A stretch of 60,893 nucleotides of DNA, filler included. It is 3 parts of 3 records of this genome, joined end to end, with 100 filler letters (N's around TTAATTAATTAA, not from the genome) between each part and the next. Parts side by side here need not be neighbours in the genome. Positions count along the whole stretch, not along the records: positions 1 to 24,305 come from SRR20825006_590; 2 more parts are not named here. The stretch is one strand, 5' to 3'. Numbering within the stretch: position 1 is the first letter of the stretch; each line of letters opens with the position of its first letter. Of the stretch, positions 9,031-17,765 are shown piece after piece. A program made the position numbers and the translations under genes. A model generated the notes under the pieces. That model had not been told where the DNA came from and made no database searches. It saw only the letters and a list, made by a program, of their open reading frames with translations.

Positions 9031-9877
9031 TGCAGTGATCCAGGGCGTCCTTTTGGGCGGAATGTATGCGCAATATGCGCTGGGCATGGCGTTGATGTTT
9101 GGCGTGATGCGGATCGTCAATATCGCCCATGGCGATGTGATGATCCTCTTGTCTCTCATCGCCGTCTCATTGGCTGGGGTGCTGCCCTTTGGCAATCTCG
9201 GGCTCATCGTTGTGATCGTGCCGATCGCGGTGGTGATCGGGTGGATTTTACAAAAGTTCATCCTGAACAAAGTGGTCGGTGCCGATCCTTTGCCCTCGCT
9301 CATAGCCACCTTCGGCCTGTCCATCGCCTTACAGAATTTCATGTTGGAACTCTGGTCGGCGGACACGCGCAGCCTGCCCAATTCCGACATCGCCAGCGCG
9401 AGTTTTCAGATCGGTTCGATCTATGTCGGGCTCTTGCCGGTGATCGTTTTGATCACGGCTCTGGTGCTGACCGGCGGGTTGGACGCGGTGCTGCGGTTTT
9501 CGCGCTTTGGTCGCGGCCTACGCGCCGCGGCCGCCGACACAGAAGCCGCCGCGATGACCGGGGTCGACCCCAAACGCATTTATGCGATCGCCACAGCCAT
9601 TGCCGTTGGCATTCTGGGGCTGGCCGCCGTGTTTGCCGCATTGCGGGCCACGGTGTCGCCCTCTGATGGTTCGGCCCAGTTGATCTACGCGTTTGAAGCG
9701 GTGATCATCGGTGGCATGGGCTCGGTCTGGGGGGCGTTTCTGGGCGCGATGGTGCTTGGCGTGGCACAGGCCATCGGTCTTCGGATTGATCCGGGTCTGG
9801 GTATTCTTTTCGGACATCTCGTCTTTCTCGCGGTGCTGGCCACACGGCCCGAAGGCATCATGGCGCGCAAAAAATGA
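9017..9877 (+). CDS. LIV-type ABC permease (LivH-like)
   Basis: FGVMRIVNIAHGD, IIGGMGS; hydrophobic. Confidence 0.92.
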   Translation: MQWLDAVIQGVLLGGMYAQYALGMALMFGVMRIVNIAHGDVMILLSLIAVSLAGVLPFGNLGLIVVIVPIAVVIGWILQKFILNKVVGADPLPSLIATFGLSIALQNFMLELWSADTRSLPNSDIASASFQIGSIYVGLLPVIVLITALVLTGGLDAVLRFSRFGRGLRAAAADTEAAAMTGVDPKRIYAIATAIAVGILGLAAVFAALRATVSPSDGSAQLIYAFEAVIIGGMGSVWGAFLGAMVLGVAQAIGLRIDPGLGILFGHLVFLAVLATRPEGIMARKK

Positions 9878-10899
9878 GGCAGGGACACATGACATCAAAA
9901 ACACATCACACCGAGGTCGTCCGCGCGACCCGATCCAGCCGGATCGCCATGACGCTGTGCCTCGCTCTTCTCTTGGCCCTCATCGCCATGCCGTGGTGGG
10001 CCAGTTCGGGCAATATCCGCTGGGCCATCGAACTGTCGTGCTACATCGCCATTGCGCAGATGTGGAACTTGCTGGCGGGCTATGCCGGGCTGGTCTCCGT
10101 CGGCCAACAAGCCTTTATCGGCGTCTCGGGCTATCTGCTTTTCGTTCTGGCGCAGAATTTTGGCGTGAACCCATTTGTTGCTGTGCTTCTGTCGCTGATT
10201 GCGCCTGCGATCTTGGCGGTGCCGACCTACCTGTTGCTGCGGCGTCTGGACGGGCCGTATTTTGCCATCGGCACATGGGTTGTGGCCGAAGCGGTGCGGC
10301 TGGCGACCTCGAACATTGATTATGTCAACGCGGGGGCGGGTCTGACCTTGCGGGTGATGACCCAATATAGCCAGCATGAGCGCGAGGTCGGCTTTGTCCT
10401 GCTCTGTGCGCTCCTGCTGCTCACCACCATTGGCGGCAGCTATTGGTTGTTGCGTTCGCGCATTGGGCTTGCACTGACGGCGATGCGTGACAATCCAGTG
10501 GCCGCTGCCAGCCAAGGCGTCAATGTCGGTCGGTTGCGGTTCTACATCTTTATCGCGGCGGCGGTTGGCACAGGCTTTGCCGGAGCGATCTATTATATGG
10601 CGCAGCTCAGGATCACACCGTCGGCGGGCTTTGATCCGTTTTGGGGCTCGATGTCGATTTTCATCGTCATGGTGGGTGGCATTGGTGCGATTGAGGGCGT
10701 GTTGATCGGCGCGTTGATCTATTTCCTCGCCGACCGTCTGTTTGGCGAATTCGGCTCGGCCTATTTGATCGTGCTGGGCCTGCTCACCTTGGTGATTGCG
10801 CTCTACGCGCGGGGCGGGGTCTGGGGTCTTCTCCAAAAATGGGGAGATCACGCGTGGTTCCCGGTTCGGCGTAAATTGATCGTGGAGGAAAACCCATGA
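9874..10899 (+). CDS. LIV-type ABC permease (LivM-like)
   Basis: WNLLAGYAGLVSVGQQAF, RLDGPYFAIGT, MVGGIG. Confidence 0.92.
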   Translation: MRQGHMTSKTHHTEVVRATRSSRIAMTLCLALLLALIAMPWWASSGNIRWAIELSCYIAIAQMWNLLAGYAGLVSVGQQAFIGVSGYLLFVLAQNFGVNPFVAVLLSLIAPAILAVPTYLLLRRLDGPYFAIGTWVVAEAVRLATSNIDYVNAGAGLTLRVMTQYSQHEREVGFVLLCALLLLTTIGGSYWLLRSRIGLALTAMRDNPVAAASQGVNVGRLRFYIFIAAAVGTGFAGAIYYMAQLRITPSAGFDPFWGSMSIFIVMVGGIGAIEGVLIGALIYFLADRLFGEFGSAYLIVLGLLTLVIALYARGGVWGLLQKWGDHAWFPVRRKLIVEENP

Positions 10900-11906
10900 A
10901 GGCCGCCGTTTTCAAGGCTTTGGGCCAACCGCTTTGCCTCAATGAGGTGGCGCAACCCGAGGCGGGGCGTGGGCAAGTGCTGCTCAAAGTCTGTCGATGT
11001 GGCATCTGTGGCTCGGATTTGCACATGACCGAAGACGCCACCTTTGGCCTTCAGGGCGGCGAGGTGATTGGTCATGAATTTTCGGGAGAAGTGATCGACG
11101 TGGGCGCGGGTGTGACCCACCTCAAACCCGGAGATCACGTCTCGGCCGCCCCACTCAAAGGCTGTGGCACCTGTCCCGCGTGCCTGCGTGGCGAACCGGC
11201 GTGGTGTCCAAAGTTTACCCTCATTGGCGGTGGCTTTGCCGAATATGCCGCGCTGGATGAAATGCAGTGCCGCAAATTACCGTGGGGTATTTCCGCCACT
11301 GACGGCGCTTTGGCCGAACCTCTGGGCGTGGCGCTGCATGGGATCATGCGGGCAAAGATGAGGCCGGGCGCGCGCGTGGTGATCATTGGGGCCGGGGCCA
11401 TCGGCCTTGCCGTGGCGTTTTGGGCGCGGCGCATGGGCGCGGCCTGCGTCGTCGTGGTCGACATGCATGATCACCAACGCGAGCGGGCCATGCAACTCGG
11501 CGCGACGGATTTCATCGTGTCAGACCTGGAGCTTGCTCACAAACTGACCCAGGCCTGCGACGGCCCGCCAGAGATGGTGTTCGAATGCGTTGGAAAACCG
11601 GGGCTGATTGACCATTGTGTCGATCTTGTTGCCCCACGTGGAAAGGTCGTTGTTCTGGGGCTTTGTACTGCTCCCGATCACATGAACAGCTTTCGCGCCA
11701 TCTCCAAAGAGGTCGAGATTGTGATGTCGGTGTTTTTCAACATGGCAGAGTTTGAAATGGCGATCCGCGCGCTGGATGCCGGAACCTATGCGCCGCAGCA
11801 TTTGATTTCGGACACGGTGACGCTCGCCGAGATGCCACTGGCGTTTGAGGCGCTGCGTCAGCGCACGACACAATGCAAAGTGATGGTCGATCCAAGTGCC
11901 GGCTGA
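10896..11906 (+). CDS. Zn-dependent medium-chain alcohol dehydrogenase
   Basis: CGICGSDLH, GHEFSG, structural Zn site CGTCPAC...C, GAGAIG; overlaps the permease stop codon. Confidence 0.93.
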   Translation: MKAAVFKALGQPLCLNEVAQPEAGRGQVLLKVCRCGICGSDLHMTEDATFGLQGGEVIGHEFSGEVIDVGAGVTHLKPGDHVSAAPLKGCGTCPACLRGEPAWCPKFTLIGGGFAEYAALDEMQCRKLPWGISATDGALAEPLGVALHGIMRAKMRPGARVVIIGAGAIGLAVAFWARRMGAACVVVVDMHDHQRERAMQLGATDFIVSDLELAHKLTQACDGPPEMVFECVGKPGLIDHCVDLVAPRGKVVVLGLCTAPDHMNSFRAISKEVEIVMSVFFNMAEFEMAIRALDAGTYAPQHLISDTVTLAEMPLAFEALRQRTTQCKVMVDPSAG

Positions 11907-11949
11907 CATGGGTTCGGTGAACCCGGCAGACATATCGTGCTACGTGTGT

Positions 11950-12861
11950 TTAAAGAGGAGAAGCGCCCGCATTTGGGCGTTTCATGTCGCGTTTGAGCCA
12001 GGTGAGGCACGCGATCAGGTGCGGGTGATTCGCGCGCTCTTCTGGGCGCAAAACCCAATAGCTCTCGGGGGACGTCACCGCTGGCCCAAATGGCTCCCAA
12101 AGTCGCCCTTGGCGAAGGTCGTCTTCGACATAAAGCCGCGGCACCACGGCCAATCCGAGCCCAGCACGGGCTGCTGGGGTAAGCAGGCCACTGTGGCCCA
12201 GCCGCACGCCCCGGATCGCGCCGCTGTGCGCGGTGCCCGAGAGGCGCAGCCATGTCATCCAAAGACTCGGACGGGCGGCATTTTGCAGCGTGGGGATCTG
12301 TGCGAAATCGAGATGATCCAAAGGGGCGCTGGGCGGGATCAGCGTGGGAGCGGCGACGACGGTGAGTGTTTCGGCGCAGAGCCGATCACTGCGTACATCA
12401 GAAACCGCACCGGTGCCTCGCACAATGGCCAGATCGGCGGGAGATGTGGAAAAGTCACAGGCCCCCTCCGCCTCGATCACCTCTAAAATAACCTCTGGGT
12501 GGGCGGCGAGAAATCCGCCGAGCCGCGGCAAAAGCCAACATGCGGCAAACCCAGGACTGGTCTGAAGAATCAAAGCCTCTTCGCGCCGTTGCCCGCGCAC
12601 AGCATCCAGCGCCGCTTTTTCCAATCTGGCCAAAAGCGGGTCAATCTCGCGCCAATACTGCGCCCCGACCTCGGTCAGCACCAGCCGCGATCCAATCCGT
12701 TGAAACAGGCGCACCCCGAGAAACTGCTCCAGCGTGCCGATCTGTCGGCTCACCCCGCTTTGGGTGAGGCCAAGGTCTTCGGCGGCGCGGGTAAAGCTGC
12801 GATGGCGCGCGGCCAGATCAAAGCACTCAAGTGCGGAGAGGGAGGGGATGAAACGGCGCAA
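11950..12861 (-). CDS. LysR family regulator, GcvA-like
   Basis: RRFIPSLSALECFDLAARHRSFTRAAEDLGLTQSGVSRQI. Likely TTG start at 12861 after AGGAG; ORF track starts at 12915. Confidence 0.92.
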   Translation of the reverse strand: MRRFIPSLSALECFDLAARHRSFTRAAEDLGLTQSGVSRQIGTLEQFLGVRLFQRIGSRLVLTEVGAQYWREIDPLLARLEKAALDAVRGQRREEALILQTSPGFAACWLLPRLGGFLAAHPEVILEVIEAEGACDFSTSPADLAIVRGTGAVSDVRSDRLCAETLTVVAAPTLIPPSAPLDHLDFAQIPTLQNAARPSLWMTWLRLSGTAHSGAIRGVRLGHSGLLTPAARAGLGLAVVPRLYVEDDLRQGRLWEPFGPAVTSPESYWVLRPEERANHPHLIACLTWLKRDMKRPNAGASPL

Positions 12862-12898
12862 GGACGCGCTCCTTTTGGAACAGGCATGGTGAAGATTG

Positions 12899-12970
12899 TC
12901 ATGAGTAAAAGTCATGACAGAATGTACATTTCAACCATTTTATTTTCTCTATCATGTGTCATTGTCATGA
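12899..12970. promoter_or_regulatory. Twin LysR operator palindromes TCATG-N9-CATGA
   Basis: TCATG-AGTAAAAGT-CATGA at 12899-12917 and TCATG-TGTCATTGT-CATGA at 12952-12970. Confidence 0.7.
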
Positions 12971-13038
12971 AAGATGTCCGGTCGTGCCACAGGCAAAGGG
13001 ACCACATCACAGTCTTTCTGATTTCAAATGGACCCGTC

Positions 13039-14331
13039 ATGACACAGCCGCAGGGCAAACATATCGCCGTCATCGGCGCCGGAATTGTCGGCATCAGCAC
13101 CGCCGCCGCACTTCTGAAAGATGGGCACCGTGTAACGGTGATTGACCCGGCCTCGCCCGGAGGCCCCCATGCCGCCAGCTATGGCAACGGCGCGTTCATC
13201 AGCCCGGCGTCGATCCTGCCGGTGTCGCAACCCGGTCTGTGGCGCAAAGTGCCGAAAATGCTGGCCGATCCACGCGGGGCGTTGACCATCCGCTGGCGTG
13301 ATCTGCCTGTGCTGATGCCGTGGCTTGTGCGGTTTCTCTGGGCCGGGGCGACCAGAGAGAAAGTGGCACGGACGGCGCGTGCACTCTCCAGTCTTTTGGC
13401 GGATGCGCCGAAGCGCCATGCCGATCTGGCCGCCCGTGCGGGACTGTCGGATATGATCGTCCAAAACGGCTTGCTCTACGCCTTTCGGGAGCGGGCGGAG
13501 TATGAGGCGGAGGCGTTTGGCTGGGGGCTGCGCCGCGACACTGGCGTGGCGATGGCTGAGATTGAGGGGCAGGCTTTGCGCCGCGCCGCCCCCGCGCTTG
13601 ATCCTGCGTATCGGTTTGGCGTCCTGATCAACGACGGGGCGCATTGCACCGACCCCGGCGGCTATGTGGCCGGGCTTGCCGACTGGCTAACCGGGCAGGG
13701 CGTGGTGGTCCGGCGGGGCCGGGTGATCGGGTTTGACCTCTGCGTGGGGCGATTGCGCGGGCTGCGCTGTGCCGATGGCAATCTGGCCTGCGATCTGGCG
13801 GTGATTGCGGCGGGTCTGGCCTCCGCTCCGCTTGCCGCGTCCTTGGGAGACCCGGTGCCTTTGGCCGCCGAGCGCGGCTATCATGTGGAGCTCAGAGAGG
13901 CGCCGTTCACGCTCGACATTCCGATCATGCCGCAGGATGGCAAAATGGCCAATGTCACCACCCGTGGCGGCCTGCGCGCCGCAGGACAGGTGGAACTCGC
14001 CGCGCCAGATGCGCCGCCAAATTGGGCGCGGGCCGAAATCCTTTTTGAGCATCTGAAACAGAGCTACCCGGCTCTGTCAGGGGCGACAGTTTCACAGGCG
14101 GCGCGCTGGCAAGGCAATCGGCCCTCGACGCCGGACGGCAAGCCCGTGATCGGTCGATCCACCCGGTCCAAAGATGTGGTCTACGCCTTTGGGCACGGCC
14201 ACATCGGCCTCGCATCGGCTCCGATGACCGCGGCGTTGGTCGCGGATTTGGTCGCTGGACGCCACCCCGCCCGCGACCTAACGTCTTTCTCACCGACCCG
14301 CTTTTCCCTGAGACAAAGAGAGACCCGATGA
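13039..14331 (+). CDS. FAD-dependent D-amino acid dehydrogenase/oxidase (DadA family)
   Basis: IGAGIVGIS, ASYGNG, ERGYH, GNRPSTPDGKPVIG, AFGHGHIGL. Confidence 0.9.
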   Translation: MTQPQGKHIAVIGAGIVGISTAAALLKDGHRVTVIDPASPGGPHAASYGNGAFISPASILPVSQPGLWRKVPKMLADPRGALTIRWRDLPVLMPWLVRFLWAGATREKVARTARALSSLLADAPKRHADLAARAGLSDMIVQNGLLYAFRERAEYEAEAFGWGLRRDTGVAMAEIEGQALRRAAPALDPAYRFGVLINDGAHCTDPGGYVAGLADWLTGQGVVVRRGRVIGFDLCVGRLRGLRCADGNLACDLAVIAAGLASAPLAASLGDPVPLAAERGYHVELREAPFTLDIPIMPQDGKMANVTTRGGLRAAGQVELAAPDAPPNWARAEILFEHLKQSYPALSGATVSQAARWQGNRPSTPDGKPVIGRSTRSKDVVYAFGHGHIGLASAPMTAALVADLVAGRHPARDLTSFSPTRFSLRQRETR

Positions 14332-15986
14332 CATCCTCCAAACCTCTGACCGCTTTCGGTCCTGATTTCACCTTTGCCTATGATGATTGGCTCGCCCATC
14401 CGGCCGGGTTGGGCACCGTGCCGGGTGACAGCCATGGTGCGCAGGTGGCGATCATTGGGGCTGGTGCCGCAGGCGTGATTGCGGCCTATGAGCTGATGAA
14501 ACTGGGGCTGCGCCCGGTGATTTACGAGGCCTCGCGTTTTGGTGGGCGGCTGCGCTCTGAGGTGTTTGATGGCACCCAAGATGTGATTGCAGAGATGGGA
14601 GGGATGCGGTTTCCGATCTCGTCCGCGAGCTTTTATCACTACCTAAACTTGATGGGATTGCAGACAAAACCTTTTCCAAATCCGCTCACAAAGGCCGCAG
14701 GGTCCACTGTGATCGACCTTGAGGGCGAGACGCTTTTCGCGCGCGATCTCAATGATTTGCCCGATATGTATCGCGAAATTGCGGCAGCTTATAGCGATGC
14801 TTTGGAGCAGGGGGCCGGTTTTGGCGCGTTGCAAGCGGCCATTCGGAACAAGGACGCAGTGCAGGTCAAGGCGCTCTGGGACCCCATCGTCGAGGCCTGG
14901 GATGAGCGCACGTTTTATGACTTTGTCACAAGCTCGCAGGCCTTTCAAAACCTGAGCTTTCGCCATCGCGAGGTCTTTGGCCAAGTCGGATTTGGCACCG
15001 GTGGATGGGATTCAGATTTCCCCAATTCCATGCTCGAAATCCTGCGGGTCAATCTTTTGGGCTTCGATGACGATCAACGCTATGTGGTCGGTGGGGTCGA
15101 GAGTGTCTTGCGCCGCCTTTGGACCGCCACGCCGCCCTGCGCGCATTGGCCCGAGGGCACCTCGCTGGCCTCTCTGCATGGTGGCGCAACCCGGTCTCGG
15201 GTGACGCATATTTCCCGTGCGGCGTCTGACACATCCTTCACGGTGCGCGACCAATGGGACAACGAAGTCGCCTATGAGGCGGTGCTCGCAACCTGCCAGA
15301 GTCACCTTTTGACCACAGCGATTGATGTCGAAGAAGACCTGTTTGCCCAACCGCTTTGGATGGCACTTGATCGCACGCGCTACATGCAGGCGGCGAAGAC
15401 ATTTGTGATGGTGGATCGACCATTCTGGAATGACATTGACCCCGCTACAGGGCGACCTCTGTTGTCGATGACGTTGACCGACCGGATCACGCGGGGCACC
15501 TATTTCTTTGACAACGGGCCGGACGCGCCGGGGGTGATCTGCCTGTCTTATTCCTGGATGACGGATGCATTGAAGCTTCTGCCGTTGTCGGATGAAAAGC
15601 GGGTTGATTTGGCCTTGAACGCCTTGGAGAAAATCTATCCCGGCGTGGATATTGCCTCTCATATTCGTGGCGTGCCGAAATGCATCAGTTGGGAGGCGGA
15701 CGAGAATTTCCTTGGGGCGTTCAAGGGCGCTTTGCCGGGGCATTATCGCTATAATCGCCGTGTCTATGGCCATTTCATGCAGGCGGATCAGCCCGCCGCA
15801 CATCGCGGTATGTTCCTTGCGGGCGACAGTGTGAGCTGGACGCCAGCATGGGTCGAAGGCGCGGTTCAGACCGCTTTGAACGCGGTTTGGGGCATCATGA
15901 CCCACTTTGGTGGGGCCTCAAATGCGGTCAATCCGGGGCCGGGCGATGTCTATCAGGATCAGGGTCCGGTGGCCCTGTCTCAGTAG
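14328..15986 (+). CDS. Flavin amino-acid 2-monooxygenase (lysine 2-monooxygenase DavB / tryptophan 2-monooxygenase IaaM family)
   Basis: FGPDFTFAYDDWLAHPAGLG, EMGGMRFP, FGQVGFGTGGWDSDFPNSMLEILR, GAFKGALPGHYRY, AWVEGAVQTALNA. Confidence 0.88.
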   Translation: MTSSKPLTAFGPDFTFAYDDWLAHPAGLGTVPGDSHGAQVAIIGAGAAGVIAAYELMKLGLRPVIYEASRFGGRLRSEVFDGTQDVIAEMGGMRFPISSASFYHYLNLMGLQTKPFPNPLTKAAGSTVIDLEGETLFARDLNDLPDMYREIAAAYSDALEQGAGFGALQAAIRNKDAVQVKALWDPIVEAWDERTFYDFVTSSQAFQNLSFRHREVFGQVGFGTGGWDSDFPNSMLEILRVNLLGFDDDQRYVVGGVESVLRRLWTATPPCAHWPEGTSLASLHGGATRSRVTHISRAASDTSFTVRDQWDNEVAYEAVLATCQSHLLTTAIDVEEDLFAQPLWMALDRTRYMQAAKTFVMVDRPFWNDIDPATGRPLLSMTLTDRITRGTYFFDNGPDAPGVICLSYSWMTDALKLLPLSDEKRVDLALNALEKIYPGVDIASHIRGVPKCISWEADENFLGAFKGALPGHYRYNRRVYGHFMQADQPAAHRGMFLAGDSVSWTPAWVEGAVQTALNAVWGIMTHFGGASNAVNPGPGDVYQDQGPVALSQ

Positions 15987-16015
15987 CGAAACAGGACGTT
16001 TTTGCCAGCCGCTTT

Positions 16016-16044
16016 ACCCCTAAGTCCGTGACGGATTTAGGGGT
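16016..16044. repeat. Inverted repeat (terminator or REP-like hairpin)
   Basis: ACCCCTAAGTCCGT-G-ACGGATTTAGGGGT, 14-bp arms with one G-T mismatch, 30 bp after the monooxygenase stop. Confidence 0.6.
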
Positions 16045-16138
16045 GTTAAATGTGATTTAAGATGTTGTTTTTTATTTACAAAAATTTATTTTGATGGTTG
16101 TTTTGGTGAGCTTTCCTCCTGACAAAAGGCCCGCCTCC

Positions 16139-16915
16139 ATGACCGAACATCACAGTGCTTCGCAGCGTAAAATTGGCATCATTGGTGCGGGTAAAATCGG
16201 CTGCGCCATCTACGAGGCCCTGGCCGAGATGGCGGGGGTTGAGATCTCCTATATGCTGGCCGGTCGGCGCCGTCCCGAAGGGGTGCCCGAGGCGCTGATC
16301 CTGACGGACATGGCGCAGGCGCTGGCCCGAGATGTGGACTTGGTGATCGAAGCCGCCGTGCCGGAGGTGATCCACGAACACGGCGCGGCGATCTTGGCCA
16401 AAAGCGATCTGTGCGGGTTTAGCTGTACCGCGCTGTCCGTGCAGCAGACCGAGCAGGCGTTGCGCACGGCCTGTGCCACACATGGCACGCGGTTTTTTGT
16501 CCCCCATGGCGCGGTTCTGGCACTGGATGGTTTGGCCGATGGGCGCGATGTGATTGAACGCGTGAGCATCACGACGATCAAAAGCGGGCCGAGCCTTGGC
16601 CTGTCTGAGACGGCCGAGGGGGCGGTTTTTGAAGGCTCGGCGCGTGAGGCCTGTCTTACATTCCCGCGCAATGTGAACGTGCATGCCGCCGTTGCACTGG
16701 CCGGGCTTGGATTTGACCGCACGGTCAGCCGAGTGGTGGCCGAGCCGGGTAAAAAGACGATGGAGCATCATATTCACGTTGAAGGGCAGGGGCTTGAATG
16801 GGACATCCGTGTGGCGTCGCAGTCCTTGGGCGGGGTGAGCGGGGCCTATACGCCGCGGTCTGCCGTGGGCACGGTGCGGCGTATTCTGGGTGGGGCGGGC
16901 GTGACCATCGCGTAA
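16139..16915 (+). CDS. Aspartate dehydrogenase-like protein (NadX/DUF108 family)
   Basis: IGIIGAGKIG, DLVIEAA, VPHGAVLALDG, FEGSAREAC...FPRNVNVHAAVALAG. Confidence 0.85.
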   Translation: MTEHHSASQRKIGIIGAGKIGCAIYEALAEMAGVEISYMLAGRRRPEGVPEALILTDMAQALARDVDLVIEAAVPEVIHEHGAAILAKSDLCGFSCTALSVQQTEQALRTACATHGTRFFVPHGAVLALDGLADGRDVIERVSITTIKSGPSLGLSETAEGAVFEGSAREACLTFPRNVNVHAAVALAGLGFDRTVSRVVAEPGKKTMEHHIHVEGQGLEWDIRVASQSLGGVSGAYTPRSAVGTVRRILGGAGVTIA

Positions 16916-16932
16916 CGCCCGTGCGCCACTGG

Positions 16933-17757
16933 TCACATTGAAAAGGCTTTCATCAACATCCGCGCGGCGGTGATCAACAGGAAGACGGCGAAAATCCGTT
17001 TGAGCTTTTGCGCCGGAAGCCGATGCGCCAAAGCCGCGCCCATTGGAGCGGAGATCAGCGTCATCGAGATGGTAGCGGCAAAGGCCGGGAGGTTGATAAG
17101 GCCCAGCGAAAAGGGTGGCTTGCCTTCAAGTGCCCAGCCATGCAGCGCGAAACTCACCGAAGATGGCAGCGCGATCAAAAGGCCAAAGCCCGCCGCCGTG
17201 CCGACCGCGCGGTGCATCGTCAGGCCCGATAGCGTCAGGACCGGCACCCCAAAAGAGCCGCCGCCAATGCCCATGAGCACCGACAGAAAACCAATAGCCG
17301 TACTCAACGCCGAGCGAAACGGTTCGCGCGGCGGACGTTCGGTTCCGGTCTCTTTGAGGCCGCCAAAGGCCATTTGGGCCGAAACGATCATGCCCAAGAC
17401 ACCGAAGATGCCCAACAGGATTTGCGAGGACAGCCGGGTGGCGACGAAAGCGCCAATCACCGCGCCGATCACGATGCCGGGCGCCCAAGTTTTCAGGATG
17501 TCCATATCGACCGTGCCGCGTTTGCGATGCGATTGAACCGAGCGCAGGGAGGTCACGACAATGGTGGCCAACGAGGTGGCAACGCAGACCTGCATCAGAT
17601 GCGCGCTCTCATATCCCATTGAGGAAAAGAGAAAATAAAAGGCGGGGACAAGAACAATGCCACCACCAAGGCCCAAAAGTCCGGCAATAATGCCCGCGAT
17701 GAAACCGGTGGCGATGAGCACGGCGGCCAGTTCGAGGTAGAGCGTGATGTCGGTCAT
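16933..17757 (-). CDS. TauE/SafE (TSUP) family membrane transporter
   Basis: Duplicated GLLGLGGGIVLVP / LMGIGGGSFGVP motifs; very hydrophobic. Confidence 0.9.
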   Translation of the reverse strand: MTDITLYLELAAVLIATGFIAGIIAGLLGLGGGIVLVPAFYFLFSSMGYESAHLMQVCVATSLATIVVTSLRSVQSHRKRGTVDMDILKTWAPGIVIGAVIGAFVATRLSSQILLGIFGVLGMIVSAQMAFGGLKETGTERPPREPFRSALSTAIGFLSVLMGIGGGSFGVPVLTLSGLTMHRAVGTAAGFGLLIALPSSVSFALHGWALEGKPPFSLGLINLPAFAATISMTLISAPMGAALAHRLPAQKLKRIFAVFLLITAARMLMKAFSM

Positions 17758-17765
17758 GGTCTGGA

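Noticed and set aside
12499-13038. 180-aa N-terminal extension of the DadA-like ORF (610 aa in the track)
   Set aside because: Overlaps the divergent LysR gene; the FAD-binding motif begins just after ATG 13039
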